Source of the DNA: Vicinamibacteria bacterium
GTDB lineage: Bacteria; Acidobacteriota; Vicinamibacteria; Marinacidobacterales; Marinacidobacteraceae
DNA length: 64,000 nucleotides
Direction of reading: 5' to 3'
Assembly (NCBI GenBank): GCA_963668695.2
Contig: CAXXLQ010000004.1
Span: 3,840,001-3,904,000, forward strand
A program made the position numbers and the translations under genes. Under the pieces are notes generated by a model that worked only from the letters and a program-made list of their open reading frames with translations, made no database searches and was not told the DNA's origin. This document shows positions 20,171 through 30,711 of the stretch, one piece after another (position 1 is the stretch's first letter; the number at the start of each line of letters is the position of its first letter).

Positions 20171-21619
20171 TTGCCGGCCGCTATCTCGGGGGCCGTACTT
20201 CTTCTCTACACCGCCCTTCTGTTCGGGATCGCGTGGATCTCCAGTCGCCGCGTCCACAACTTCTCGGACTACCTGGTCGCCGGCCGGCGTCTCGGGACAC
20301 CGCTCGCCTCGCTGAGCCTGCTCGCCACCTGGTTCGGGGCCGGCACGCTCCTCGCTTCCGCCGAAGAAGTCCGGTCCGTAGGGTTGTCGGCAGCCGCCCT
20401 GGAGCCCATCGGTCCTGGGATCTGCTTGTTGCTGGTCGGTCTGTTCTACGCGGCCCCGCTCCGGCGGCAGGGGCTCCTGACGCTCGGGGATTTCTTCGCC
20501 GGCCGTTTCGGCCGAAGCGCGGAGATCGTCTCGGCCGCCATCATGGTTCCGAGCTTTTTCGGCTGGATCGCCGCCCAGTTCTCGGTGTTGGCCGCGCTCC
20601 TCGGCGAACTCTTCCAAATCCCGCTCGCTGCGGGTCTCCTGTTGGTCGCCGCCGTTGCCATCGGCTACACGCTGATCGGGGGGATGTGGTCGGTGACCCT
20701 CACCGACGCGGTACAAGGGGTCATCGTGGGCTTCGCGCTCATCGCCCTCGGGGTTTCCGCCCTGGCCGAACTGGGCGCCGGATCGGCCTTGGGAGGGCTG
20801 GCCCGGCTCGGACGCGAGACGCCGCCGGACCTGCTCGCCGTCGTACCCGGCGAAATGACCGCGCTGTTCGCCTGGTCCGGACTCCTGATCGCAGGCGCCC
20901 TCGGGAACATCCCCGGACAGGACGTGCTGCAGCGGGTGTTCTCCTCACGCTCGGAACAGGTGGCCCGGCGCGCCTGCCTGATCGCCGGCAGCCTCTACCT
21001 CGGCCTCGGCGCCATCCCGGTGATGCTGGGACTGGCCAGCCGCCTCCTGCTACCCGGGCATGAAGGCGACATGCTGGCCGCGCTCGGCCGCATTCTCTTC
21101 AGTCCCCTCGCAGCACTGGGGCTCATCTTGCTGGTGGTTTCGGCGCTCCTGTCGACCGTGGACAGCGCGCTAATATCGGCCGCGTCCGTACTGGCGCAGA
21201 ACCTGCTCCGCCACCCCCTGCCCCGGGTGGGGCTCTTGCGGTTGAGCCGGCTCTCAGTCCTGATGGTCGGTGCGGCGAGTCTCTTCTATGCGTTTCGTGG
21301 TCTCAATGCGTACTCCCTGCTGGAGGACGCGTACGAGCTCACGCTCGTGGGGCTGTTCGTACCGTTGACCGCAGGACTCTTCTCGGAACGCGGCGGACGC
21401 TTCGCCGCGCTCACCTCGATGGCCGGCGGCACCGTTTTGTGGATCATTCATCTGGCGTTCGGGTGGGACTGGTTCCTCGAGCCCGCGCTGTATTCCGCCG
21501 GCATAACGATTCCGAAGGCCATCGGCCTGACGGCCGCGAGCGGCGCCGGGTACCTGCTCGGGGCGGCCTTCGACACCGCGAGCCGGCGGCGGCCCCCGCG
21601 CCCGGGAGCCGCCGCCTGA
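20171..21619 (+). CDS. Sodium:solute symporter family protein
   Basis: DYLVAGRRL, ATWFGAGT, GGMWSVTLTDAVQG, QDVLQRVFS motifs. Confidence 0.9.
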   Translation: MPAAISGAVLLLYTALLFGIAWISSRRVHNFSDYLVAGRRLGTPLASLSLLATWFGAGTLLASAEEVRSVGLSAAALEPIGPGICLLLVGLFYAAPLRRQGLLTLGDFFAGRFGRSAEIVSAAIMVPSFFGWIAAQFSVLAALLGELFQIPLAAGLLLVAAVAIGYTLIGGMWSVTLTDAVQGVIVGFALIALGVSALAELGAGSALGGLARLGRETPPDLLAVVPGEMTALFAWSGLLIAGALGNIPGQDVLQRVFSSRSEQVARRACLIAGSLYLGLGAIPVMLGLASRLLLPGHEGDMLAALGRILFSPLAALGLILLVVSALLSTVDSALISAASVLAQNLLRHPLPRVGLLRLSRLSVLMVGAASLFYAFRGLNAYSLLEDAYELTLVGLFVPLTAGLFSERGGRFAALTSMAGGTVLWIIHLAFGWDWFLEPALYSAGITIPKAIGLTAASGAGYLLGAAFDTASRRRPPRPGAAA

Positions 21620-21626
21620 GCGCCCG

Positions 21627-23066
21627 ATGAGCGAGTTCCGCAACCGCGCCGAATCGCTGCGGCGCCGCTCCCGTGCGCTCGAGCCGGATGCGGAAGAGCG
21701 GCGCACGCTCACCGAGGCAACCATCCGCCACACCGAGGAGTTTCTGGAGGGCCTGATCAGCGGCCCGTCCTGGGTTCCGCCGAGGGAATCCCGGGAAATC
21801 AACGAACTTCCCATCGGCGCGGAAGGCCGCCCCTTTCCCGAACTCCTGGATCTGGTTCGGCGAGAGGTCGAGCAGCAGGGTCTGAACCCTGCATCCCCGC
21901 GCGATCTGGGCTACGTCCCCGGCGGCGGGATTTTCGTATCGGCGCTCGGCGACTACCTGGCGGCCGTCGGGAATGCATTCGCCGGGTATTTCCCCGCCTC
22001 GCCGGGAGCGGCCCGCGTGGAAAACCGGCTCGTGGAATGGATCGCCGAGATCGTGGGCTACCCGAAAGAAGCCGGAGGGACGCTGACTTCAGGGGGAAGC
22101 GTCGCCACCCTGACCGGGGTCATCGCCGCCCGCGAGGCCAAGGGACTCCGCTCAACCGACTTCTCCCGGGCATCGATCTACGTGACCAGCCAGGAGCACT
22201 ATTCGGTCCGCAAGGCGGTCCACCTCGCGGGTGTGGGTGAGGCGCCCTGCCGGATCGTCGCCGTGGACGGCGCTTTCCGCATGGCTCCGGAATCCCTGGC
22301 CGCCCAGATCCGGAAGGATCGCGCCGACGGCCTGCTGCCCTGGCTCGTAGTCAGCACCGCCGGCACCACGAACACCGGCGCGGTGGATCCGCTGGACGCG
22401 ATATCCGAGATCGCGCGGGCCGCCGGCGTCTGGCACCATGTGGACGCGGCCTACGGCGGGTTCTACCTGCTCGTTCCGGCGCGGCGGGATCTGTTCCGGG
22501 GCATCGAGAAGTCGGACTCCGTCGTACTGGATCCCCACAAGAGCCTGTTTCTTCCCTATGGAAGCGGCGCGCTCGTGGTCCGGAATGCGGCGCACTTCGA
22601 CACGTTCCGCTTCCAGGCCCCCTATCTCCTTGATAAGCCGCAGGAGGAAGTCTCCCCTTCCGAGCGGTCGATCGAGCTCACCCGGCACTTCCGCGGGATG
22701 CGCCTCTTCCTGCCGCTGCTACTCCACGGCACCGAGGCATTCGCGGCCGCGCTCGAAGAGAAGTGGTGGCTTGCCCGCTACCTCCAGGACGAACTCGGTC
22801 GCTGGGAGGACATCGAGGTGGGGCCGGAGCCCGCACTTTCGACCATGTGCTTCCGCTACCGGCCGGAAGGTCGGACCGAAGAGGAAACGGATGAACTCAA
22901 CCGCCGGATCGTCGCGGCGCTCCACGCCGACGGCCGGATCTTCATCACCGCCACCTACCTGAACGAACGCTTCTGGCTCCGGCCCTCGATCGGCATCTTC
23001 CGCACCCACATCGAGCACCTCGACGAGTTTCTGGAGATCCTGAAAGGCTTCATCGCGGAGCTCTGA
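21627..23066 (+). CDS. Group II PLP-dependent amino-acid decarboxylase
   Basis: GTLTSGGS, TAGTTNTGAVD, HVDAAYGG, LDPHK (PLP lysine). Confidence 0.92.
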   Translation: MSEFRNRAESLRRRSRALEPDAEERRTLTEATIRHTEEFLEGLISGPSWVPPRESREINELPIGAEGRPFPELLDLVRREVEQQGLNPASPRDLGYVPGGGIFVSALGDYLAAVGNAFAGYFPASPGAARVENRLVEWIAEIVGYPKEAGGTLTSGGSVATLTGVIAAREAKGLRSTDFSRASIYVTSQEHYSVRKAVHLAGVGEAPCRIVAVDGAFRMAPESLAAQIRKDRADGLLPWLVVSTAGTTNTGAVDPLDAISEIARAAGVWHHVDAAYGGFYLLVPARRDLFRGIEKSDSVVLDPHKSLFLPYGSGALVVRNAAHFDTFRFQAPYLLDKPQEEVSPSERSIELTRHFRGMRLFLPLLLHGTEAFAAALEEKWWLARYLQDELGRWEDIEVGPEPALSTMCFRYRPEGRTEEETDELNRRIVAALHADGRIFITATYLNERFWLRPSIGIFRTHIEHLDEFLEILKGFIAEL

Positions 23067-23072
23067 GGCAAG

Positions 23073-23231
23073 AGACCGCCAACAGGCCGGGCGGCACCGC
23101 CAGCGAGGGGCCCCCACCGGGAGAACTGGCCGCCGACCTCCAGGTCGGCACTGCGAGGGGCCCCCACCGGGAGAACTGGCCGCCGACCTCCAGGTCGGCC
23201 CAGCGAGAGACCGCCGACCTCCAGGTCGGCA
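23073..23231. repeat. REP-like cluster (ccgccgacct-cc-aggtcggc x3); two copies preceded by the micro-insert
   Basis: Hairpin gccgacct/aggtcggc repeated; inserts at 23110-23131 and 23160-23181. Confidence 0.8.
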
Positions 23232-23450
23232 ACTGCCGCGCGCAAGCGCGGCGAAACGCGGTCTACAACCCTTATTCCTTGCAAATCGTCCCGTGGACGG
23301 TACGTTTTGCACGGAACACCGTCCCTTTGTCCCTGTCAGGCCGCGCGTCGGTATCACGAGCGTTAATGCCGGCAGACCTGCGGTAGGCTCCATCCAGCCA
23401 TGGGTCGAGCGGCGGTGCAAGGGAACCCCGATCCTCCTGGGGCCGCTGCG

Positions 23451-23777
23451 GTGACCGACGCCGTGATCGCCGAGATGGTCGAGACGCTCGTAATGGAGGC
23501 CGATCCCGAACAGGTCATCCTCTTCGGGTCTCGCGGCCGCGGCGACGCGCGGGCCGACTCGGACGTGGACCTGATCGTGGTGGAGGCGGAACCCTTCGGT
23601 CCCGGCCGGGACCGCGTGAAGGAGATGGCGCGGCTCTACAAGGCGCTCGCTGGATTTCTGGTTCCGGCCGACATCCTCGTGTACTCGCGAGAGGATGTGG
23701 AGTACTGGCGGGATTCGCTGAACCATGTCCTGGCGCGAGCGCTCCGCGAAGGCAGGGTCGTCTATGAGCGACCCTAG
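23451..23777 (+). CDS. Minimal nucleotidyltransferase (MNT) antitoxin
   Basis: LFGSRGRGD...DSDVDL motif. Confidence 0.88.
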   Translation: MTDAVIAEMVETLVMEADPEQVILFGSRGRGDARADSDVDLIVVEAEPFGPGRDRVKEMARLYKALAGFLVPADILVYSREDVEYWRDSLNHVLARALREGRVVYERP

Positions 23778-24186
23778 GTGCGCCGACGCGATGCTTCGAG
23801 CGGCGGAGCGCGATCTGCTGACCCTCCGGAGCATGAATCACGAAGCGCCGGAAGAGTCCTTCGGGTTCCACCTCCAGCAGGCCGCCGAGAAGGCTTTGAA
23901 AGCATGGATCGCGGCACTGGGGGACGAGTATCCGCTGACGCACAGCATTGAAACGCTGGCGAGCCGCCTCCGAGCCCTTTCCGTGGTGACGGAGCCCTTC
24001 GCACCGCTCGCCGAATTCACGCCCTACGCCGTGACCTTTCGGTATGAGGGGGTCGGTCCGGAAGCCGAACCCATCGACCGCGAAGCGATGATCGCACTGC
24101 TTGACGCGCTGCTTGAGCGAGTGCGCGCCGAGGTCCGCAGTGGGCCTGAGGCACCGAGGTCACCTACCGACCGTCCGCCTGAGTAA
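23764..24186 (+). CDS. HEPN domain protein (MNT-HEPN pair)
   Basis: FHLQQAAEKALKAW, YPLTHSI, YAVTFRY motifs. Confidence 0.88.
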   Translation: MSDPRCADAMLRAAERDLLTLRSMNHEAPEESFGFHLQQAAEKALKAWIAALGDEYPLTHSIETLASRLRALSVVTEPFAPLAEFTPYAVTFRYEGVGPEAEPIDREAMIALLDALLERVRAEVRSGPEAPRSPTDRPPE

Positions 24187-24249
24187 CCCGCGGCACGTTA
24201 CTCCCGCGACCTGGGATCACGATCCCGACCGAGACACTGCGGCGGTCTG

Positions 24250-24614
24250 GACCATGATCGCTCACCACCAGTTGGCCGGACACGAAGGTGGGGGCGTCTT
24301 TCGAGGGGTTCGCGATCAAGCAGGTGCTGTCCTGCCTGGGGCTCGGAAACGCGTCCTTCCGGGGCACCCAGGGCCGAGCCGAGCTCGACCTGTTGATCAC
24401 CCACCGCGGGAAGCGATACGGCTTCGAGGTCAAGTACGCGGACGCACCGGGCACGACACGGTCAATGCACACCGCCATCGCGGATCTGGGACTCGAACAC
24501 CGGTGGGTGATCTATCCGGGGAGCGAGCGCTACCGGTTGCGCGAGAAGATCACCGCGCTGCCGATCGGTCACGTTCCCTTCGTATTTGGCGACGGGAGTC
24601 CGGTTATCCCCTGA
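24250..24614 (+). pseudogene. C-terminal remnant of an AAA_14/DUF4143 ATP-binding protein
   Basis: GASFEGF...ELDLL...GFEVKY..AP (DUF4143 PD-(D/E)xK-like tail) with no ATPase part; frame break just upstream. Confidence 0.65.
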
Positions 24615-24639
24615 GAACTGCCGGTCGCGGCTTGGCCTT

Positions 24640-25044
24640 TAACAGCCTGTGGTGAAACCCACGTGAGCGCCGAGGCCGGCCAGTTCTCCCGGTGGGGGCG
24701 AGGCCCAGTTCTCCCGGTGGGGGTCCGGCTGACAAGGCGCGTGAGGGAGGAATACCGCGTGTATTCCGACCGAAACGCAACGCAGAACGCAGCGAAGCGG
24801 AGTGGTGAACAGCCGGTGGTGGAACCCACGGGAGCGCCGAGGCCGGCGAGGCGCCCGGTTGACAAGGCGCGTGAGGGAGGAATACCGCGTGTATTTCGAC
24901 CGAAACGCAACGATGAGCGGCGCGCAGCGACGCGGTTCAGCCGGGATGGATCGCCGGGCGAACGCCGCGTGGGTTTCATCACCGGTTGTTTGGCCGGGAT
25001 GGATCGCCGGTCGAACGCCGCGTGGGTTTTGCCACAGGCTGTTA
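24640..25044. mobile_element. MITE-like element containing a second nested copy (24808-24990)
   Basis: Outer ends taacagcctgtgg / ccacaggctgtta; inner ends aacagccggtgg / tcaccggttgtt. Confidence 0.85.
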
Positions 25045-26346
25045 CGGGCTCTTGACCACCTCGCCGCCCTTCATGACGAACTTCACGTCCTCGAGGAGCC
25101 GGATGTCGTCGAGCGGGTTGCCCGCCACCGCGATGATGTCGGCCAGCTTGCCGTCCTCGATAGAGCCGAGGTCCGCCTCCCAGCGGAGCAGTTCCGCGGC
25201 GTTGATGGTGGCCGTCTGGATCGCCGCCATCGGCGAGATGTCCATCGCATCCACCATGATGGCGAAGTCCCGGGCGTTCCTGCCGTGCGGGAACACCGCG
25301 GCGTCCGTCCCGTAGGCGAACTTCACGCCGGCGTGGAAAGCGGCGGCGAGCCGCTCGCGCTGCTGGGCCGCCATCTCTTTCGCCTTCTGGATGGCGTATT
25401 CGGGGATGTCGTTGTCGGCCCCTTCGTCAATGATGTAGTCGAGTGTGTAGAGGGTGGGAACGACGAAGGTGCCGTGCTCCTTTGCGAGGCGGATCCCCTC
25501 GTCGTCGATCAGGGTTCCGTGCTCGATGCTGGCCACCCCGGCGCGGATCGCATCGTTCATGGCCGCCGGCGAGTGGGCGTGCGCCGCCACCGGGGTGTCG
25601 AGCATGTCCGCGGTCTCGACGATCGCCTTCAGTTCATCGAAGGAGTACGCCTGGTCGTACACCGAGTCGCCGTGCGAAAGCACCCCGCCGGAGGCGGTCA
25701 CCTTGATGACGTCGGCGCCGTACTTGACCTGGTAGCGCACGGCGCGGCGCAGCTCGTCGGCGCCATCCGCGATCATCGCGTAGCCGGGGGTCGGCACGTC
25801 GGGGTTCCAGCCGTTGATGTCGGCGTGTCCGCCCGTCGAACCCACGCCCCAGGTCGCCGCCTGGATCCGGGGTCCCGGAACGACGCCCCGCTCGATCATG
25901 TCGCGGAGCGCCGCGTCGTGATAGTTCCCCGCGCCGATGTTGCGAACGCTGGTGAAGCCCTTTTCCAGGGTGATCTTCGCGTGCGCCACCGCGTAGATCG
26001 CCTCGTGGGCGACCGTCTCCCGCATCTTCTGGGTGTCCCCGCCGTCGCCCGGAATGCCGCCGAGGTGGACGTGGCAGTCGAAGAGTCCGGGAAGGATGGT
26101 GTGGCCGCTCAGATCCAGCACGGTCGCACCCGGCGGGATCGGAATCGCCCCCATGGGGCCGACAGCGGTGATCCGCTCTCCCTCGATGACCACCTCGGGG
26201 TTCAGGATGGGAGGGACGTCGGTGCCGACAATGAGCCGGTCGGCCCGGATCACCACCGCAGTTTCGGACTGCCATCCGGCCGCTGGAAGCGCGGCGAGAA
26301 CGGCGACGCCGAGGGCGAGAGTCAAGCGGCAGAACGAATTGCGCAT
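25042..26346 (-). CDS. Secreted metal-dependent amidohydrolase (Xaa-Pro dipeptidase-like)
   Basis: PGLFDCHVH, IKV..SGGV, AAHAH, SIEHG, GTDA, GKLADI motifs. Confidence 0.92.
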   Translation of the reverse strand: MRNSFCRLTLALGVAVLAALPAAGWQSETAVVIRADRLIVGTDVPPILNPEVVIEGERITAVGPMGAIPIPPGATVLDLSGHTILPGLFDCHVHLGGIPGDGGDTQKMRETVAHEAIYAVAHAKITLEKGFTSVRNIGAGNYHDAALRDMIERGVVPGPRIQAATWGVGSTGGHADINGWNPDVPTPGYAMIADGADELRRAVRYQVKYGADVIKVTASGGVLSHGDSVYDQAYSFDELKAIVETADMLDTPVAAHAHSPAAMNDAIRAGVASIEHGTLIDDEGIRLAKEHGTFVVPTLYTLDYIIDEGADNDIPEYAIQKAKEMAAQQRERLAAAFHAGVKFAYGTDAAVFPHGRNARDFAIMVDAMDISPMAAIQTATINAAELLRWEADLGSIEDGKLADIIAVAGNPLDDIRLLEDVKFVMKGGEVVKSP

Positions 26347-26523
26347 CGGAAATCCCTCCGGGAGAAGCGGGCGATCGTACCCGGATTTCGGTGGGGCCAG
26401 GCACCTTCAGCGCTGTCCGGGGAGGCGAAATTGCGCATCTCGCCCCGCTCCGGGGGGCGGTTCCCGCCCCCACCAGGAGAACTGGCCGGCGTTCCCGCAT
26501 TCCCGGCGGATAATCGGCGGGTC

Positions 26524-28794
26524 ATGAGAACCCGGATCGCCCTCTTCGTAACCGCCGGCCTGCTCTTCGCCGCCGGAGCCCCAGCCCAGACCGAACCCGC
26601 CCAGACCGAATCGGCCCAGACCGAACCAGCCCAGACCGAACCCGCCCAGACCGAACCCATCGAGCTGAGCCAGCTCTACGGTCCGGAGGCGCTCTCGTTC
26701 TCCCCCGAGCTCCCGCGGGTCCGCTGGATGCCCGGTGGAACGCACTACCTGACCGGGGCCGGAGAGGAAGCCGAACGCTCCTGGAACGTGGTGGAGGCCG
26801 CTACCGGCGCCTCCCGGGCTCTTTACGACGCGGACGCCCTGGCCGCGGCGCTCACTGAGACGCTCTCGCTTCCGGAAGAAGAGGCTGCCCGGGCGGCGCG
26901 GCCGGCGTCGCTCACCATGTCCACCGGCGGAGAAAGGCTGCTCCTGAACCTGGCTTCCGACCTTTTCTCCTGGGAGCCGGCCGAGGGCGCCCTCCGCCGG
27001 CTGACCCGGGGCCCGGAGACCGAGGAACTGGCCCGCTTCTCGCCGGACGGGAACCGCATCGCCTTCATCCGCGACAACGACCTCCACGTCGTGGATCTCG
27101 CGGGCGGCGATCTCCGGCTCACCACCGGGGGCGGACCCGACCTCCTGAACGGGAAGCTCGATTGGGTCTATCAGGAGGAGATCTACGGGCGCGGCAACTT
27201 CTTCGCCCACTGGTGGAGCCCCGACGGCAGCCGGATCGCGTTCCTGCAGAGCGACGAGCGGGACGTCCCCCGTTTCACCGTCGTGGACCACATCCCCTAC
27301 CACCTGGGACTCGAGGTCTATCCCTATCCGAAGGCCGGAGACCCGAATCCCCGCGTCCGTCTCGGCGTCGTCCCATCGTCCGGGGGCGACGTCGTCTGGT
27401 TGAACCCCGGCGGCTACGGCAACGCGGAGACGCTGATCGTGAACGTGGCGTTTTCTCCGGACGGCGACGTCTGGTACCAGGTTCAGGACCGGACCCAGAC
27501 TTTCCTGGATCTCCACCGGGCGGACTCGCGGACCGGCGAGTCGTCGCGGGTGCTGCGGGAAGATGCCGGGCCCTGGGTCAACGGACACGGCGCCCCCCAC
27601 TTCCTCTCGGAAGCGAGTGGCGGCGGTTTCCTCTGGTTCAGCGAACGAACCGGCTTCAAGCACCTCTACCGCTACGACGCGGCCGGCGAGCTGGCCGGCG
27701 CGCTCACCGAAGGCCGTTTCGAGGTCCGGCGACTCCACGCGGTGGACGAAGAGGCCGGGGCGGCGTATGCCTCGGGTACCTACCGCTCGTCGCTGGGCGC
27801 CGACACTCTGAAAGTGGCCCTCGACGGGTCCGGCGCGACCCTGCTGGGCGAGGCGCCGGGCACGCATCAGGCCAACTTCCCGGAGGGGCCGAACGTCGAG
27901 CACTACGTGGCCGTATCCCACGATCTGGACAGCCCCCCGCGGATGAGCCTGCGCCGCGCCGCCGACGGCGCCGCCCTCCGCGATCTTGGAGGCGGCGAAG
28001 TTCCAGACCTCGCCCGCTTCGAGATCTCTCCGCCGGAGCTACTGAAGATCCCCACCGCGGACGGCACGCAACTCGAAGCGATGATGGTGCGGCCGCACGG
28101 CTTCGATGCTTCGCGCGTCTACCCGGCCTGGGTCCACGTATACGGAGGCCCCCACGCACCCCAGGTCCGCGACGCCTGGCCGGGGACGCGCGGCATGTGG
28201 TTCCAGTACCTCGCCCAGCAGGGGATCGTGGTCCTCGTGGTGGACAACCGGATCGCCTCCGGCAAGGGGGTGGAGTCCACCTGGCCGGTGTACGGCAACT
28301 TCGGCGAGCAGGAACTCAGCGATCTGGTCGAGGCGGTGGACTGGCTCGGCTCCCGCGATTTCGTGGACGCCTCCCGGATCGGAGTGGACGGCTGGAGCTT
28401 CGGCGGCTACATGACGCTCACCGCGCTCACCAAGTCCGACCGTTTCCGCGCCGGCATCGCGGGCGGCAGCGTCGTGGACTGGCGCGACTACGACTCGGTG
28501 TACACCGAGCGTTACATGAGCACGCCGGACGAAAACCCGTCGGGCTATCAGAAGAGTTCCGTGCGCGAGGCGGCCGGGAACCTCACCGGCGACCTGCTGC
28601 TGATCCACGGGACGATGGACGACAACGTGCACCTCCAGAACACCGTGCAGTTCGTCCACGACCTGCAAGAGGCCGGGAAACCCTTCGAACTGATGGTCTA
28701 TCCGCAGTCGCGCCACGGGGTTCGGGACGACAACCTGGTGCTCCACCTGCGGGAGACCATGGCGCGGTTCATCCTGAAGACGGTGTCGCCCTAG
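26524..28794 (+). CDS. S9B dipeptidyl peptidase IV family protein
   Basis: DWVYQEE, YPKAG, VYGGP, GWSFGG nucleophile, HGTMDDNVH, SRHG; AQTEP-type x5 linker after the signal peptide. Confidence 0.95.
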   Translation: MRTRIALFVTAGLLFAAGAPAQTEPAQTESAQTEPAQTEPAQTEPIELSQLYGPEALSFSPELPRVRWMPGGTHYLTGAGEEAERSWNVVEAATGASRALYDADALAAALTETLSLPEEEAARAARPASLTMSTGGERLLLNLASDLFSWEPAEGALRRLTRGPETEELARFSPDGNRIAFIRDNDLHVVDLAGGDLRLTTGGGPDLLNGKLDWVYQEEIYGRGNFFAHWWSPDGSRIAFLQSDERDVPRFTVVDHIPYHLGLEVYPYPKAGDPNPRVRLGVVPSSGGDVVWLNPGGYGNAETLIVNVAFSPDGDVWYQVQDRTQTFLDLHRADSRTGESSRVLREDAGPWVNGHGAPHFLSEASGGGFLWFSERTGFKHLYRYDAAGELAGALTEGRFEVRRLHAVDEEAGAAYASGTYRSSLGADTLKVALDGSGATLLGEAPGTHQANFPEGPNVEHYVAVSHDLDSPPRMSLRRAADGAALRDLGGGEVPDLARFEISPPELLKIPTADGTQLEAMMVRPHGFDASRVYPAWVHVYGGPHAPQVRDAWPGTRGMWFQYLAQQGIVVLVVDNRIASGKGVESTWPVYGNFGEQELSDLVEAVDWLGSRDFVDASRIGVDGWSFGGYMTLTALTKSDRFRAGIAGGSVVDWRDYDSVYTERYMSTPDENPSGYQKSSVREAAGNLTGDLLLIHGTMDDNVHLQNTVQFVHDLQEAGKPFELMVYPQSRHGVRDDNLVLHLRETMARFILKTVSP

Positions 28795-30002
28795 TCCCCG
28801 GCCAGGGCCGCCACCTGCTCGGCGATGGCGAGCGACGCCGTGGCCGCGGGCGAAGGGGCGTTCAGCACGTGGATGCGGTTCTCGCGGCGCACGATGCGGA
28901 AGTCGTCCGCGATGCGGCCGTCCGGGAGCACGGCAATCGCCCGCACCCCGGAGGGCGAGGCGGTGAGATCTTCCGCGCGGATTTCCGGCACCAAACGCTG
29001 CAACCGCCGGGTGAAGGCCCGTTTCGAGAGGGACCGGTGGATCTCGTCCACCCCGACGCGCCACTCGCGCAGCGCCAGACGGCGGAACCCGGAATAGCCC
29101 GCCATCTGCCGGAGATCGCCGAGGTCCAGATCGCGGCGGCGGTACCCCTCGCGGGCGAGGGCGAGCACCGCATTCGGGCCCGCGTCCACCTGCTTGTCGA
29201 GGTTTCGGTGGAGGTGCACCCCGAGGAACGGGAACCGCGGATCGGGCGTCGGGTAGATCAGCCCGCGCACCAGCCCGGCCCGTTCCGGCCGGACCCGGAA
29301 GTACTCGCCCCGAAAAGGCACCACCTGCAGTTCCGGATCGTCCCCCGCCAGTCGCGCGACGCGGTCGGCGTGGAGGCCGGCACAGGTGACGAGCCGCCGG
29401 CAGGCGAAATCCCCTCTCGTGGTGAGAATCCGGGTCCCGCCGTCAGAACGGGAAAACCCGAGCACCCGCGCGCCGGTCTCCACCCGGCCCCCCGCAGTCT
29501 CGAAGAGACGGCGGAGCGTCGCCGCCACCTCACGGAAACGGACCACCCCGGAGGTCGGGGAGTGGAGCGCCGCGACCCCCTCGGCGTGGGGTTCGATCTC
29601 GCGGAGCGCCGCCCGATCCAGCAGGCGGAGGCCGGGAACGCCGTTCGCTTCACCGCGCCGATGCAACTCGTCGAGCCGGCCCCGTTCGGCCTCGTTCGCG
29701 GCGACGATCACCTTGCCCGAAAGGGCGAAGGGAACTGCGTGTTCCCGGCAGAAACGGAGCAGCAGCTCCACCCCGCGGCGGCAGTTCCGGGCCCGGAGCG
29801 AACCGGGCGCGTAGTAGATCCCGGAATGAATGACCCCGCTGTTCCTTCCGGTCTGGTGCCGGGCGATGTCCGCCTCCTTCTCGAGAACCAGAATCGACCG
29901 CGAGGGCGCCGTTTCCTGAAGGCGGCGCGCCACCGCCAGGCCGACGATCCCTCCCCCGACCACCGCGACGTCCAGAGGTTTCGTCCCGCCCGCTCCGCTC
30001 AT
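28791..30002 (-). CDS. lhgO: L-2-hydroxyglutarate oxidase
   Basis: VVGGGIVG, HQTGRNSGVIHSGIYY.PGSL, PFLGVH, NAPSPAATASL motifs. Confidence 0.92.
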   Translation of the reverse strand: MSGAGGTKPLDVAVVGGGIVGLAVARRLQETAPSRSILVLEKEADIARHQTGRNSGVIHSGIYYAPGSLRARNCRRGVELLLRFCREHAVPFALSGKVIVAANEAERGRLDELHRRGEANGVPGLRLLDRAALREIEPHAEGVAALHSPTSGVVRFREVAATLRRLFETAGGRVETGARVLGFSRSDGGTRILTTRGDFACRRLVTCAGLHADRVARLAGDDPELQVVPFRGEYFRVRPERAGLVRGLIYPTPDPRFPFLGVHLHRNLDKQVDAGPNAVLALAREGYRRRDLDLGDLRQMAGYSGFRRLALREWRVGVDEIHRSLSKRAFTRRLQRLVPEIRAEDLTASPSGVRAIAVLPDGRIADDFRIVRRENRIHVLNAPSPAATASLAIAEQVAALAGD

Positions 30003-30007
30003 CGGCT

Positions 30008-30711
30008 TAGTAGCCTGTGGATAGAGTGGCGTGAGCACCGAGACCGGCGAGGCCCAGTTCTCCCGGTGGGGCCAGTTCTCCCGGTGGGGGCCCGGCTGAC
30101 AAGGCGCGCGAGGGAGGAGCCCCCACCGGGAGAACTGGCCCGAGGGTATTCCGACCGAAGCGTAACGATGAGCAAAGCGAAGCGGAGTGGTTCAGCCGGG
30201 ATGCATCGCCGGTCGCTTCCGGAGCGGGGCGCAAGCACCGCGGAGACCCCGGAGCGAGAGGGATGGGGGACGGGGACACCCGGCTCCGATCCCTCTTGGC
30301 TCGGGCTTCCGGAGCGGGGCGCGAGCACCGCGGAGACCCCGGAGCGGAAGGGACGGGGGGCGGGGTCACCCGACCACCATCCCTCTTGGCTCGGGCTTCC
30401 GGAGCGGGGCGCGAGCACCGCGGAGACCCCGGAGCGGAAGGGACGGGGGGCGGGGTCACCCGACCACCATCCCTTCTGGCTCGGGCTTCCGGAGCGGGGC
30501 GCGAGCACCGCGGAGACCCCGGAGCGGAAGGGATGGGGGACGGGGACACCCGGCCCCCATCTCTCTTGGCTCGGGCTTCCGGAGCGGGGCTCGGGCTTCC
30601 GGAGCGGGGCGCAAGCACCGCGGAGACCCCGGAGCGAGAGGGACGGGGGACGGGTCCACCCGGCCCCCATCCCTCTTGACTCGGGAATGCCGCGTGACTT
30701 TGTCCACAGGC
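30008..30711. mobile_element. MITE-like element expanded by five tandem 90-bp units, with three micro-inserts
   Basis: Ends tagcctgtgga / tccacaggc; units start at 30216, 30306, 30396, 30486 and 30596. Confidence 0.8.

Noticed and set aside
24802-26523. N-terminal extension of the S9 peptidase ORF
   Set aside because: Derived from MITE sequence and the antisense strand of the amidohydrolase; the signal peptide begins at 26524
30216-30685. CRISPR-like mini-array or 30-aa repeat protein
   Set aside because: Variable halves are homologous hairpins; the array lies inside a MITE
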